The position numbers and the translations under genes are program-made. Below, one piece after another: positions 9,278-19,480 of a stretch of DNA of 51,934 nucleotides (its first letter is position 1; each line of letters begins with the position of its first letter). The notes beneath the pieces were generated by a model. That model searched no databases, was not told the DNA's origin, and saw only the letters and a program-made list of their open reading frames with translations. Location: IMG/VR virus record IMGVR_UViG_3300048590_000302, positions 1 to 51,934 of that record. One strand, written 5' to 3'. The DNA comes from a virus. Its lineage: Duplodnaviria; Caudoviricetes.

Positions 9278-10471
9278 TTGAAGATCGAGCGCTTTGACAA
9301 CGGCTCCACCGGCCAGGTGGAGCGTCTGCCGAACGGATTCCTTCGGTTGCCGATTACGGCCACGCGGTTTGGAATCTTCGTCTACAAGGACGGCCTTGGC
9401 GGTGAGTGGCGCGAGCTGCGACCGGAGGAGGAGGTGTTTGCCGCCGACTCGATGGGCAGCCTTCGCGGGGTTCCTCTGACCAATGAGCATCCGGTTCACA
9501 TGGTCGATATTTCCAACGCGCAGGAGCTGATGGTTGGCTACACGTCCGACTCGGTCAACCGGGACGGCAAGCACATCAAGACGTTTGGAACGCTGACGCA
9601 CAAGCCTACGATCGACCAGGTGGAGACGGGGTCGAAGGTGGAGGTTTCCTGTGGCTATGACTGCGAGCTTGAATTCACTCCAGGAAGCTACAAGGGCCAG
9701 CGTTACGACGCCATCCAGAGAAATATACGCTACAATCATATTGCCATAGTAAAGAAGGGTCGCGCCGGTCCTGAAGCCCGCCTTCACCTGGATTCGGCAG
9801 GTGGCGCAACCGAGCGCGTCATGCGCCTTGATTCGGTGATTGATTTTGACGAGGACGCTTCAAACCCGGAAGCGGGCGAACATACCAACGATAATGGAGA
9901 CAACATGAAGATTTTGGTCATCAACGGCGTTGAACACAAGCTTGACGAAGCTGCCTATGATGCCGTCGTTGCCCGCTTCAAGGCGGACAGCGATGCGATC
10001 GAAGCGGCGAAGTCGGAAGCGGCCACTGTGAAGGCCGAGGTTTCCACTCTGACGGCGAAGTGTGATTCACTCACCGACGAGCTGAAGACCGCCAAGGAAA
10101 GCCGCATGGATGCCGACACGATCAACCAGAAGGTCGAGGCACGGATGAAGCTTGTCCGCTTCGCTGAGAAGCACCTGAAGGCTGATGCCGTGACTGGTTC
10201 CGACATGGACATCATCGAGAAGCTGATTCAGAAGAAGAATCCAGACTTCAAAAAAGACGGCAAGGACGAAGCCTACATGCTGGCCCGCCTCGATCACATG
10301 ATGGAGACGGAGAAAGACGCCCCCGGTGGTGCCTACCAGCAGGCTCGTGGCGACAGTGCCGATCGCGTCAACGGCTCAAGCGGCAAGGAGTCGTCTGCCG
10401 ACATCCGCGCGAGAAAGCAGCGCGAGGATGCCGACGCCTGGAAGACGCCACTCAAGTATGCGTCGAAGTAA
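9278..10471 (+). CDS. Prohead protease/scaffold (DUF2213-like)
   Basis: PLTNEHP, EVSCGY, QRNIRYNHIAIVKKGRAG; coiled-coil C-terminus; TTG start after AAGGAG. Confidence 0.88.
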   Translation: MKIERFDNGSTGQVERLPNGFLRLPITATRFGIFVYKDGLGGEWRELRPEEEVFAADSMGSLRGVPLTNEHPVHMVDISNAQELMVGYTSDSVNRDGKHIKTFGTLTHKPTIDQVETGSKVEVSCGYDCELEFTPGSYKGQRYDAIQRNIRYNHIAIVKKGRAGPEARLHLDSAGGATERVMRLDSVIDFDEDASNPEAGEHTNDNGDNMKILVINGVEHKLDEAAYDAVVARFKADSDAIEAAKSEAATVKAEVSTLTAKCDSLTDELKTAKESRMDADTINQKVEARMKLVRFAEKHLKADAVTGSDMDIIEKLIQKKNPDFKKDGKDEAYMLARLDHMMETEKDAPGGAYQQARGDSADRVNGSSGKESSADIRARKQREDADAWKTPLKYASK

Positions 10472-10531
10472 GTGCAATGAATTACCCGCGAGGGTGATTT
10501 CTCAATCATGTATCCAAGGAGGTTTTCTCTA

Positions 10532-10996
10532 ATGTCTCAGACCACACACAACATGAATCCGAAAGTCGCTCGCGCGGGAATGCTGGCTTTCCCCCTCCGT
10601 GAATCCAAGGTGGATACCCATGCCGCCGAGGGAACGGTGAAGTTTGGCTATGCGGTGGTTACTGGTACTGCTGCCGGTCAGGCGAAGACCGCTTCTGCTG
10701 ACACCGATACGTTTCTCGGCTTCGCTCTTGAGAGCAAGGCGCGTGTCGTGGACAGCACCACCAGCGATCCTCACTACAACGAAGACGACGCTCTGAACGT
10801 CTGTTCGTTTGGTGAAGTTTGGGTTCCCTACAGCGGCACAGCGCCGACTGTTGGCGCGACTCTTTACGTGGACGTTCTTGTCACTGCTGGCAAGGTCACA
10901 GCCACATCCACTGACAACCTTGCAGCGCCTTTGAAGTGCAAGAAGGTCGATACCGAGAGCACTCTCGTTCTCGTGGCGATCACCGAGCCCGTCTAA
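10532..10996 (+). CDS. Head decoration/cement protein
   Basis: Between scaffold and major capsid gene; FGYAVV...GEVWV; AGGAGG RBS. Confidence 0.7.
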   Translation: MSQTTHNMNPKVARAGMLAFPLRESKVDTHAAEGTVKFGYAVVTGTAAGQAKTASADTDTFLGFALESKARVVDSTTSDPHYNEDDALNVCSFGEVWVPYSGTAPTVGATLYVDVLVTAGKVTATSTDNLAAPLKCKKVDTESTLVLVAITEPV

Positions 10997-11055
10997 GTCG
11001 TCGTCCTTTGTCATTTGATTAACCTTGATTCATTCATTCTGGAGGCTCAATTAGA

Positions 11056-11979
11056 ATGCGTTATGCACACCTTGACGATGCCGAGTCGATCTTCTTTGAC
11101 CAGGCGCTTGAGAACGTGAAGAGCAAGACTTACGACATCAAGTTTCCCGAGCTGCGTCATCGCCAGCTTATTCCCACAAGCTTCGACGGCCATCCTGCGG
11201 ATGAGTACGTTTCCTACTACCAGCTCGATCAGGTTGGTATGGCTAAGATCGTGGCGGACTTCGCCAACGACTTCCCAGCCATCAGCGTGCTCGGCAAGAA
11301 GTTTCGTTCTGAGATCCAGTCGATCGGTGCTTCCTATGGCTATAGCGTCCAGGAGATCCGCGCGGCATCCAAGACGGGCAAGCCTCTTTCCACCATGCTG
11401 TCGAACGCTGCGAAGCGTGCAATGATGCAGAAGGAACGCGACCTTGCCTTCTGGGGTGACAGCCTATATGGTGTTCCCGGCTGGTTTAACAATGCGTCGA
11501 TTCCCGACGTTACGATGACCAACGGTGACTGGGCCAACGTCGCGACGACGCCGGACCATATCATTTCCGACCTTAACCAGTTGGCGAATGCTCCCATCAC
11601 CAACAGCAAGACCACCCTCACGCCGGACACGATGCTTTTGCCAGTGCCCTACCTCACGCAGATCGCCTCGACTCCTCGCAGCGCGAACAGCGACACGACC
11701 ATTCTCGATTTCTTCCTGAAGGCGAACCCCTTCATCAAGAGCGTTGACTGGTTGGCTGAGCTGACTCCTGCGAACTCTGGCGGCAACTTTGCCCGCTCGC
11801 ATGCGTTCGTCTATAACCGCAACCCTGAATATATGTGGTTGGAGGTTCCGCAGGACTTTGAGCAGTTTGAAGCTCAGCTTCAGGGCCTCAAGTACGTGGT
11901 GCCTGTGCATCAACGCTGCGGCGGCACGATCATCCCTTATCCTTTGGCTCAGGCGAAGTCGGACGATCTCGACGCCTGA
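11056..11979 (+). CDS. Major capsid protein (DUF2184-like, HK97 fold)
   Basis: Size and position; YGYSVQEIRAA, AFWGD..YG, GGTIIPYPLA. Confidence 0.9.
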   Translation: MRYAHLDDAESIFFDQALENVKSKTYDIKFPELRHRQLIPTSFDGHPADEYVSYYQLDQVGMAKIVADFANDFPAISVLGKKFRSEIQSIGASYGYSVQEIRAASKTGKPLSTMLSNAAKRAMMQKERDLAFWGDSLYGVPGWFNNASIPDVTMTNGDWANVATTPDHIISDLNQLANAPITNSKTTLTPDTMLLPVPYLTQIASTPRSANSDTTILDFFLKANPFIKSVDWLAELTPANSGGNFARSHAFVYNRNPEYMWLEVPQDFEQFEAQLQGLKYVVPVHQRCGGTIIPYPLAQAKSDDLDA

Positions 11980-12039
11980 TGTTTTGTATGGATCATCACC
12001 AGGATACGCACACCATTCTTTCGAGGGAGGACTTCAGCC

Positions 12040-12423
12040 ATGATGGTCAATTACCGTCGCAGCAATATTCTCACGGTTACGAACAAGGCGGGGGATACGT
12101 TTCTCTTCGTCCCAGGCAACAACGAGATCACGACCGCACTATGGAAGTCGTTTCTCGAACTTCCCACCTTCAAGCGTCGTCTTGATGAGGGGCTTTTTCG
12201 TACTGTGTCCGGCGACGACAAGCCGTCGGTCGTCGTTCTTCAGGAGCTTTCTCCGTCTGAAGCCAAGGAGCTCGTCAACGAGACGTTTGATCCGAAGATG
12301 CTCCGCGAGTTTAAGAAGAGTGAGACGCGCCCTGGCGTCCTTAAGGTGATCGAGGCTCGCCTGAGGGAAGCCGAGGAGCGTCTTTCGCGCAAGGATCAGA
12401 AGGACCCGAAGGACTCCAAGTAA
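12040..12423 (+). CDS. Hypothetical virion-associated protein
   Basis: GGAGG RBS; immediately after the capsid gene. Confidence 0.6.
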   Translation: MMVNYRRSNILTVTNKAGDTFLFVPGNNEITTALWKSFLELPTFKRRLDEGLFRTVSGDDKPSVVVLQELSPSEAKELVNETFDPKMLREFKKSETRPGVLKVIEARLREAEERLSRKDQKDPKDSK

Positions 12424-12451
12424 CAGCAATCGACTTGATTTGAGGTGAGAT

Positions 12452-12796
12452 ATGTCCACGCCATCACTCGTTCAGAGCATCGCAACGGAGTTCAAGGGAC
12501 GGGCCTCTGAGGAGGTTCAGGTCTTTCTTGATATCGCCATGACCATGGTGGATTCGACCGTTTGGGGTGACAAGTACGATTACGGTGTGGCTTATCTCGC
12601 CGCTCACCTTATGACGATGACCGAGCGAAAGGGCGTCGGCGGTGCCGTCATCAAGGAACACGTTGGCGAGATTACAGTTCAGTACAGTCAGCCTAACACG
12701 GACGCCGTGAAGTCGCTTTACCTTGCGACGAGCTACGGTCAGATCTATCTGTCGCTTCGCAGTCAGCTTGTGCTGACTCCGCTTGCGCGTTCGTAG
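12452..12796 (+). CDS. Head-tail adaptor (DUF4054-like)
   Basis: YLAAHL...VGEITVQY...TSYGQIY. Confidence 0.8.
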   Translation: MSTPSLVQSIATEFKGRASEEVQVFLDIAMTMVDSTVWGDKYDYGVAYLAAHLMTMTERKGVGGAVIKEHVGEITVQYSQPNTDAVKSLYLATSYGQIYLSLRSQLVLTPLARS

Positions 12797-12811
12797 GCGG
12801 GGTGAATTTCC

Positions 12812-13360
12812 ATGGCCCGTCTTCCCACAATCACGGAACTCACGGCCAGGCTGAGCGCTCGCGGTGGACGCCTCAGCTATGAAACGACCGTCACCGCAGG
12901 CCCCGGCTACGACGCCACGCGCAACCTTGTGGCGACTCTTGCGAAGGGGCTTTCCGCTCTTTCCGTCGGGATTCATGATGATGCCGGCATCCACCACGAA
13001 GCCTCGAAGGACGGCAAGGTCAAGACGGTGGCCGAGGTTGCTTTCTGGAATGAGTTCGGAACGGACGACGGACACATTCCAGAGCGCAGCTTTATGCGGT
13101 CCACGATGGACCGGAATATGTTTCGCTATCAGGGCATGCTGAAGAAGTATGCGATTCGCATTTACGAGGGTCGAATGACCATCGACGAATCTCTCGACCA
13201 GCTTGGCAGGATCATTGCTGCCGATATGAGGAAGGCTGTTCGTGACTTTCACGATCCTCGCAATGCTGATTCCACGATCAAGGCGAAGGGTTTCGATGAT
13301 CCTCTGATTGAGACGCGACAGCTCATGCGCTCAATCACTCACAAACGCACGGAGGACTGA
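12812..13360 (+). CDS. Neck/tail completion protein
   Basis: NEFGT..IPERSFMR, NADSTIKAKG.D.PLIET. Confidence 0.8.
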   Translation: MARLPTITELTARLSARGGRLSYETTVTAGPGYDATRNLVATLAKGLSALSVGIHDDAGIHHEASKDGKVKTVAEVAFWNEFGTDDGHIPERSFMRSTMDRNMFRYQGMLKKYAIRIYEGRMTIDESLDQLGRIIAADMRKAVRDFHDPRNADSTIKAKGFDDPLIETRQLMRSITHKRTED

Positions 13361-13363
13361 CGT

Positions 13364-13747
13364 ATGGGCATACAGTCATTGCTTCAGAAGTTTTCCGGTC
13401 GATCGTCTCCCCTTATCATCCATCGTTATAAGCGTGGCTCTCACGTCGGCGGCGTATTTCAGGCTGAGATTGATCGCATCTTCGAGGTCTGGGGTTCGGT
13501 GATGCCTATTCAATTTGATACCGACCTTCCCGATGTCATCACAAGTCCTGGCAACCATGTTCGCGCCACCGATATGCTCAAGATCTTCACGCCCGAGCGT
13601 CTTTTACCGGACGATCCGCTCACCAGTCAGAAGGCTGACCGGATTGATGTCGATGGAATCATGTACGAGGTGAGGGCGTCGGCTCTTTACCTCCATACGT
13701 CTCTTGGTCATTACGAGAGCATCTGCGTGAGGGCGTCCGATCAATGA
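13364..13747 (+). CDS. Head closure protein
   Basis: Position in neck cluster; ADRI.VDG..YEV...HY. Confidence 0.65.
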   Translation: MGIQSLLQKFSGRSSPLIIHRYKRGSHVGGVFQAEIDRIFEVWGSVMPIQFDTDLPDVITSPGNHVRATDMLKIFTPERLLPDDPLTSQKADRIDVDGIMYEVRASALYLHTSLGHYESICVRASDQ

Positions 13748-14319
13748 ACGAAGTCATCGCTCACTATAACAATGTTCGCGCGTTTCTCTTTCAGTGGCTG
13801 ACCTCCGCTCTGCCTGGCTATCCTGTGATTATGGATAATCAGCATGATCCAAGGCCGCAGGAGCCTCACGTCTCGTTCAATTACCTGACGGGGTTTCGCA
13901 AGGTTGGAACGCACGACGAACGGATTCAGATCAACAATGTCGTCTATCTGTCGTGTGTGCGTGAGTTTACCGTGACGATTCGTGCCATTGGGCATCCGAT
14001 CAACGGTTCGTATCCTTTGGTCAATCCTGCCGAGATGCTTGACGCCGTTCAGTCGAGTCTTGATCTTGATGCCAATGTCGCCCTGTTTCGCGCGGCTGGT
14101 GTGTCTGTCGTCGATAGCCTTGGCGTTATCAATACGACGGCACTTGAGGAGAATGCGTTTCGTCCGTCTGCGGTTCTCGATGTGATTATGCGCACGCGCT
14201 ATCTGATCGAGCAGTCGGACGCCACGTTTATAGATACGGTAATCATCTCCGGGACGGTTGAGAATCCTGGCGGAGACGATATCGAGTATGGACCTTCCAC
14301 GGTTTCTGTCGCCCCTTAA
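13744..14319 (+). CDS. Tail terminator/neck protein
   Basis: Directly before the sheath gene; Q..PRP..P motif. Confidence 0.7.
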   Translation: MNEVIAHYNNVRAFLFQWLTSALPGYPVIMDNQHDPRPQEPHVSFNYLTGFRKVGTHDERIQINNVVYLSCVREFTVTIRAIGHPINGSYPLVNPAEMLDAVQSSLDLDANVALFRAAGVSVVDSLGVINTTALEENAFRPSAVLDVIMRTRYLIEQSDATFIDTVIISGTVENPGGDDIEYGPSTVSVAP

Positions 14320-14337
14320 TTATCCATTGGAGGCTTT

Positions 14338-15381
14338 ATGTCCGGGCTTAGTGACATCGTATCCATCACCATCTCACGCGAGACGAAGGTCCCATCCCGC
14401 CAGGGTTTTGGTTATGCCAACTTCGTGTCGTCCTCGACCACGTTTACTGGCGGCAGTCGCATCCGCTCGTATACTTCCCTTGCGGAGGTGTCGGCTGATA
14501 CCGATGTTGATGCAACGGCAGTTGCATTTGCCACGAGCTACTTCGCGCAGAATCCACGTCCGAGGAAGCTCTACATCACTGAATGCGACCTCGTGACAGT
14601 TCCTGAGACTTTCGTCGAGGCGCTTCAGGCTGCACAACTGATCGACGACGACTGGTATGGTGTTGCAATCGAAAGCCGCGACTCCGCTATCGTCGCTGCC
14701 GTGGCGGCATGGGTTGAGACGCAGACGAAGCTCTTTGCAACGGCGTCGGACGCTGCCAATATTCTGACAGCGACGACGACAAGCAATATTGCCTACACGC
14801 TCAAGAATGCCGGCTATGATCGCTCGCTGGTCATTTACCATTCGGACGCCGCCACTGACTGGCCGGAAGCCGCGCTTCTTGGCCTTCAGTTTGCCAAGAC
14901 GCCTGGAAGTTCGACCTACGTTTACAAGACGCTGGCTGGCATCTCTGCCGATTCTCTTACCTCTGCTCAGAAGGGTTATGCGCATAGCTACAATGCGTTT
15001 ACCTATACGACCCGCGCTGGCATCAACATGACCGAAGGCGGCAAGGTTGCAAGCGGCGAATGGGTTGACGTCATTGTCGGGATCGACGACCTGACGATTG
15101 ACATGGAGACGAAGGTTTTCGGCAAGCTCGCCAATGCCGAGAAGATTCCTTACACGATGCAGGGGGTTTTGGTTATCGTTGGCGCGATCAACGAAAGCCT
15201 GACGCGCTCGGTCAACAACAGCGTGCTCGCTGCTGATCCTGCTCCGTTCGTCACCTATCCCGAGATTGCGGATATTTCCGATGCCGACAAGGGCAATCGT
15301 ATTCTTCCCGACGTGGAGTTTGAGGCTGTGCTGGCCGGTGCCATTCACAAGGCGACAATCAGCGGTCGCGTGGTTCTTTAA
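14338..15381 (+). CDS. Tail sheath protein (DUF3383-like, compact)
   Basis: IVSITISRET, YFAQNPRP, KTLAGI, GEWVD, KIPYT..G, LAGAIH. Confidence 0.9.
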   Translation: MSGLSDIVSITISRETKVPSRQGFGYANFVSSSTTFTGGSRIRSYTSLAEVSADTDVDATAVAFATSYFAQNPRPRKLYITECDLVTVPETFVEALQAAQLIDDDWYGVAIESRDSAIVAAVAAWVETQTKLFATASDAANILTATTTSNIAYTLKNAGYDRSLVIYHSDAATDWPEAALLGLQFAKTPGSSTYVYKTLAGISADSLTSAQKGYAHSYNAFTYTTRAGINMTEGGKVASGEWVDVIVGIDDLTIDMETKVFGKLANAEKIPYTMQGVLVIVGAINESLTRSVNNSVLAADPAPFVTYPEIADISDADKGNRILPDVEFEAVLAGAIHKATISGRVVL

Positions 15382-15413
15382 TTTCATAACTGAGACGAGG
15401 AGATATCAATCAC

Positions 15414-15848
15414 ATGACGACTGCAACGTATGATCCCCGTAACGTGACCATTATCATCGGCGGCATAATTGCCAGCGGGTTTGCCGATGGCACCTTCATT
15501 CAGGTGGAGCGCAACAATCCAAGCTTCTCGGTTGTTTCCGGTGCGAGCGGTGAGACGTCCCGCATCAAGAGCAACGACAAGTCCGGCAAGCTCACCCTGA
15601 CGCTTATGGCGACATCGACTTTGAACGATATTCTTACCGGCTTCATGAAGGCCGACGAGATAAGCAACAGCGGCAAGTTTCCCATTACGATCTATGAGAT
15701 CACCGGCTCCACCGTAGTCTCTGCTCTTGAGGCGTGGGTTTCCAAGCCTCCTCGTGTCGAGTACGGCAAGGAGAGCGGCACCCGCGAGTGGGAGCTTGAG
15801 GCTGGAACGCTTGAGATGTTTGTCGGTGGCATTCAACCGACGGTCTGA
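15414..15848 (+). CDS. Tail tube protein (DUF3277-like)
   Basis: TYDP..V..IIGG..SGFADG...REW. Confidence 0.88.
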   Translation: MTTATYDPRNVTIIIGGIIASGFADGTFIQVERNNPSFSVVSGASGETSRIKSNDKSGKLTLTLMATSTLNDILTGFMKADEISNSGKFPITIYEITGSTVVSALEAWVSKPPRVEYGKESGTREWELEAGTLEMFVGGIQPTV

Positions 15849-15867
15849 TTTTTCTCTTTTCTCCATG

Positions 15868-15904
15868 GCCTGGCAGGAGCATGATTCCTGTCAGGCATTA
15901 TTTT
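15868..15904 (+). terminator. Probable intrinsic terminator after the tail tube gene
   Basis: GCCTGGCAGGA/TCCTGTCAGGC hairpin followed by ATTATTTT. Confidence 0.5.
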
Positions 15905-15944
15905 AATACCGCTACCATCATCATCACTGCGAGAGGGATTTCGT

Positions 15945-16346
15945 ATGCGACAGGCCACCACCGTACAGATTGACGACAGAACGTACACCATTGGTCACTG
16001 GGCACCGGACCATGCAACCGAGGTTCTGGCGTGGCTGACGGCCACGTTTGCTCCGATCATGTCTCAGCTTTTCTCTGAGGCGACGGCGGACGTTGAGGAC
16101 GACAAGCAGCTCATTGCCCGCGTGCTTGAGAAGGGAGCACCGCAGCTTCCGAAGCTTCTTGAACCCAGAAAATACTCCGAGATGGTCCGCTCGATGACGA
16201 AGGATCTTCTCGTCGATGGGGCTCCGTGCAACTACAACTTTCACTTCCAGGGTCGAATCTTTCACCTTCACAAGGTCATCATTGCAATCCTGAAGCATCA
16301 ATACTCTGATTTTTTCGACGGAGCCCAAGGTCTGCTCGGCGTATAG
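15945..16346 (+). CDS. Tail assembly chaperone (short, G-like form)
   Basis: Between tube and tape measure genes; ends ...YSDFF at a slippery site. Confidence 0.8.
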   Translation: MRQATTVQIDDRTYTIGHWAPDHATEVLAWLTATFAPIMSQLFSEATADVEDDKQLIARVLEKGAPQLPKLLEPRKYSEMVRSMTKDLLVDGAPCNYNFHFQGRIFHLHKVIIAILKHQYSDFFDGAQGLLGV

Positions 16347-16567
16347 GTCCGGCACCGGAATATGCACCGTATGATCCTGGGCAGAGCAATGTGAATTGGC
16401 TTATTTGGCGAGTGGTACTGGCTCAGGTCGCCACCTACTCGGAGATCATGGAGAAGTGGAATCTCTGTGATTTGCATGATGCGAATGAAGCCCTCGACAT
16501 CAAGGATGAGGCCGAGGCGTACAACGTCCACATGAGCCGCATGCAACACGCCAAGCTTAAGAAGTAA
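16310..16567 (+). CDS. Tail assembly chaperone extension (GT-like) via -1 frameshift
   Basis: T TTT TTC at 16310-16316; the -1 frame is open to TAA 16565-16567 and encodes WLIWRVV..ATYSEI..KWNLCDLHDANEALD. Confidence 0.75.
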   Translation, partial: FFRRSPRSARRIGPAPEYAPYDPGQSNVNWLIWRVVLAQVATYSEIMEKWNLCDLHDANEALDIKDEAEAYNVHMSRMQHAKLKK

Positions 16568-16593
16568 CCCTTTCAACTCTCGGAGCTTTCCTT

Positions 16594-18327
16594 ATGGCCC
16601 GTACTATCATTCGCGACATGGTTACACGATGGAAGTATGTTTCTGATACGAAGGGCCTTCAGGAAGCCGAGAACAAGCTTAATCGCGTCGGCCAGAGAAT
16701 GCGCGATACGATTGGCAACAGCCGCTATGGAAAGCACCTCGACCGAATGAACAACAGCCTTGGGGCGTTCGGTCGATCGTTTACCGGGTGGCAGATTGCA
16801 GCGGGCGTTGCTCTCTATCAGATGGCCAGCGGCATCGGCCAGGTCCTTGAGCAGTCCACGCGGGCGACGATTGCTTTCGAGCAGCACCAGGTTGCCTTGA
16901 CGACGATGCTCAAGGATGCCGGCGCTGCCAACCAGCTCCTTAACGACATGAGACAGATGGCGAAGGAGACGCCGTTTCAGTTCTCTGACCTTGTCGAAGG
17001 CGGCAAGCGTCTTCTTGCTTTCGGTGTCGGTCTGAACGATCTTCTCCCCACCATGCAGCACCTCGGGGATCTTGCCGCTGCCGTTGGGATGGACCGCCTG
17101 CCGAACATCATCCATGCGTTTGGTCGTATCAAGACCAAGGGCAAGGCGACGATGGAAGAACTCAACATCATGCTTGAGAACGGCGTCCCTATTCTTGAGG
17201 CTTTGACGGAGGAGACGGGTCTGATGGGGGATGCCCTTTTCAAGGGGATCACCAACGGCCTAATCAGCTTCGAGAAGGTTGACAATGCCATCAAGAAGAT
17301 GACGACAGGCGAGGGGCGATTTGCCGGGATGATGATCGAGCAGTCGAAGACGCTCGGCGGTCTTCTCAACCAGATTTCCGATTACCTGGAGGATATTGGT
17401 CGTGGCATTGGCCAGTCCGCTCTGCCTCAGTTGAAGGAGCTTTCCCGCACGGTCATCTCCCTTCTTAGTGACAACTCGAACTTTCTCAGTACGGTTGGCG
17501 GTGATGTCCTCACGTTCTTTGCCAATGCTGCTCAAGGTGCCACACGCATCCTCAAGGGCATGATGCCAGCCATCCAGGGCGTAGTCGAAGCACTCGGCGG
17601 CGTTGGAAATCTCATGCGTACCCTGGCCATCCTCATCCAGCCGCTTCGCCTCTTTATGATGGCCGACGCCATTCTCCGCATCGGCACGGCCTTTAGCGCC
17701 ATGGATGACAAGGGTCGAGCGTCGATCCGTGTGTTCAAGGTACTTGTTGGCCTTGTCAGGATATTTGCCCTGTTCATGCAGCTTCTCATCGGCCTGCCTT
17801 ACTATGTGCTTGAGGACTTTGCCAGCTACCTTGAGGGCAAGGACAGCGTCTTTGGAATGCTTGAACGTCGCTTCAAGGAATCTGTTGGTGTCATCAGTGG
17901 ACTTATCAAGGATCTCGATAGTGATCTCACGGACTTTCTCAACAAGTGGACCGAACGTCTGACCTTCGGCATTGCAAGAAATCAATACGCTTCCATCAAG
18001 CAGATTGAGGAGGGTGGCGCTTATGCCAAGCAGATGGCGTCCACTCCTGGGCACTTCAAGGGGAAGATGGAGGCATCGGACTACTACGAGTTTATCAAGC
18101 GCATGATGAATCTTCAGGCTCTCAATTATTCAGAGCGGATCTATCCTATTCCTGCAAGTTCTGCCTCTCCACCTATCACGCCTGTCTTTAACATCACGAA
18201 CAACAACTCGATTTCCGGTGCCGGCTCACCTGACGAGATCGGCAAGTCGGTTGGTCAGTTCACCTATGATGCCGCGCAATCCTTTATTGACTTTATGAAG
18301 CAGAACCCACGTAAGACGGAGCACTGA
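16594..18327 (+). CDS. Tape measure protein
   Basis: AKETPF, GK..MEELN..ENGVPI..L tape-measure domain; hydrophobic central segments. Confidence 0.9.
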   Translation: MARTIIRDMVTRWKYVSDTKGLQEAENKLNRVGQRMRDTIGNSRYGKHLDRMNNSLGAFGRSFTGWQIAAGVALYQMASGIGQVLEQSTRATIAFEQHQVALTTMLKDAGAANQLLNDMRQMAKETPFQFSDLVEGGKRLLAFGVGLNDLLPTMQHLGDLAAAVGMDRLPNIIHAFGRIKTKGKATMEELNIMLENGVPILEALTEETGLMGDALFKGITNGLISFEKVDNAIKKMTTGEGRFAGMMIEQSKTLGGLLNQISDYLEDIGRGIGQSALPQLKELSRTVISLLSDNSNFLSTVGGDVLTFFANAAQGATRILKGMMPAIQGVVEALGGVGNLMRTLAILIQPLRLFMMADAILRIGTAFSAMDDKGRASIRVFKVLVGLVRIFALFMQLLIGLPYYVLEDFASYLEGKDSVFGMLERRFKESVGVISGLIKDLDSDLTDFLNKWTERLTFGIARNQYASIKQIEEGGAYAKQMASTPGHFKGKMEASDYYEFIKRMMNLQALNYSERIYPIPASSASPPITPVFNITNNNSISGAGSPDEIGKSVGQFTYDAAQSFIDFMKQNPRKTEH

Positions 18328-18331
18328 AGCC

Positions 18332-19150
18332 ATGGCCGTATCGAATCTTGCGTCGTTTCTTTTTGGTCGCACGCCATCGAAGACGAAGTTCGGGGAGTTT
18401 CTTGTCGTCGATGTCACGTCGATGATTACAACAACCTATCAGGCCACTGTCACCAGTAACCCCGTGCAGCGTGGCGCTGTAATAAATGATCACGTCAAGC
18501 TCGAACCTCTCATCGTGAAGATGGACTGCTTTATCTCGGATGCTCCGATAGGCACCGACACGACCCTGGCGGAAAGTCTTGCAGGCGGCGTGGCCGGAAG
18601 TCTTGCCGCTGTCGTCGGCCAGAACTCCAAGGTCGGTGGACTTGCCATGCTCGGGACCGGGATCTTTGCCACTGCCGGGTCGAAGCTCGGCAACTATATG
18701 GCAGCCGACGCCACCGATCGCGGCAGCAATTCCACATGGCCGCAGATGGCTTTCGACATTCTTCGTCGTCGCTTCGAGAGTCAAGCTCCGTTCACGCTCT
18801 ACACGTATTTCTACCCGAAGGACGACGACCGCAATATCTATCAGAACATGGTCATGACATCGCTTGAGATCACTCATTCGCCGAACGATGGCGGTGGTCT
18901 TCGATTTTCCGTCACGGCTCAGAAGATTCGCGTTGTCACGCTTCTCGATGAGGTTTTGGTCGATCCTTCAACCATCAAGGGACTTCAGGCAGCGAACAGT
19001 GCCGCGACAAAGCGCGACCTCGGCAAGCAGGGAACCAAGGCTGCATCGGACAAGGCCGCTCGTGACGCCAGCTCAGCGAAGGGCATCCTTGATGATATTT
19101 ACGATACGTCCCAGGACGTAACGAGAAACCTTAACGGACTGGGGCTATAA
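18332..19150 (+). CDS. Baseplate/tube initiator (Dit-like) protein
   Basis: VTSNPVQRGA.INDH...YQNMVMTSL...LRF. Confidence 0.75.
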   Translation: MAVSNLASFLFGRTPSKTKFGEFLVVDVTSMITTTYQATVTSNPVQRGAVINDHVKLEPLIVKMDCFISDAPIGTDTTLAESLAGGVAGSLAAVVGQNSKVGGLAMLGTGIFATAGSKLGNYMAADATDRGSNSTWPQMAFDILRRRFESQAPFTLYTYFYPKDDDRNIYQNMVMTSLEITHSPNDGGGLRFSVTAQKIRVVTLLDEVLVDPSTIKGLQAANSAATKRDLGKQGTKAASDKAARDASSAKGILDDIYDTSQDVTRNLNGLGL

Positions 19151-19152
19151 CC

Positions 19153-19476
19153 ATGGCTGTCATCGAGATCCCCGTTACGAATCAATATCCAGCCTATTCG
19201 TTTCAGGTCGAGCTTGAGGGTGTCCTCTACCTTCTCGACTTCCACTACAACTCGCGGATGGAACGCTGGATCATGAGCATTTACTCCGAGTCGAATGATC
19301 CCGTCCTTATGGGCATTCCCCTGCTTACCGGCTGGTCCCATATCGGTTCGTTTCAGACTTCGCTCAAGCCTCCTGGTGAATTTCTCTGCATCGACGAGGG
19401 CAGTCTCGGTCGCAATCCCGACCGCGAGAACTTCGGCGTCGATGTGAAGCTTGTTTACGTCGAGTCGGAGGAGTAA
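19153..19476 (+). CDS. Baseplate plug-like protein
   Basis: Position; YNSR..RW.MSI...GIPL. Confidence 0.7.
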   Translation: MAVIEIPVTNQYPAYSFQVELEGVLYLLDFHYNSRMERWIMSIYSESNDPVLMGIPLLTGWSHIGSFQTSLKPPGEFLCIDEGSLGRNPDRENFGVDVKLVYVESEE

Positions 19477-19480
19477 GCCC

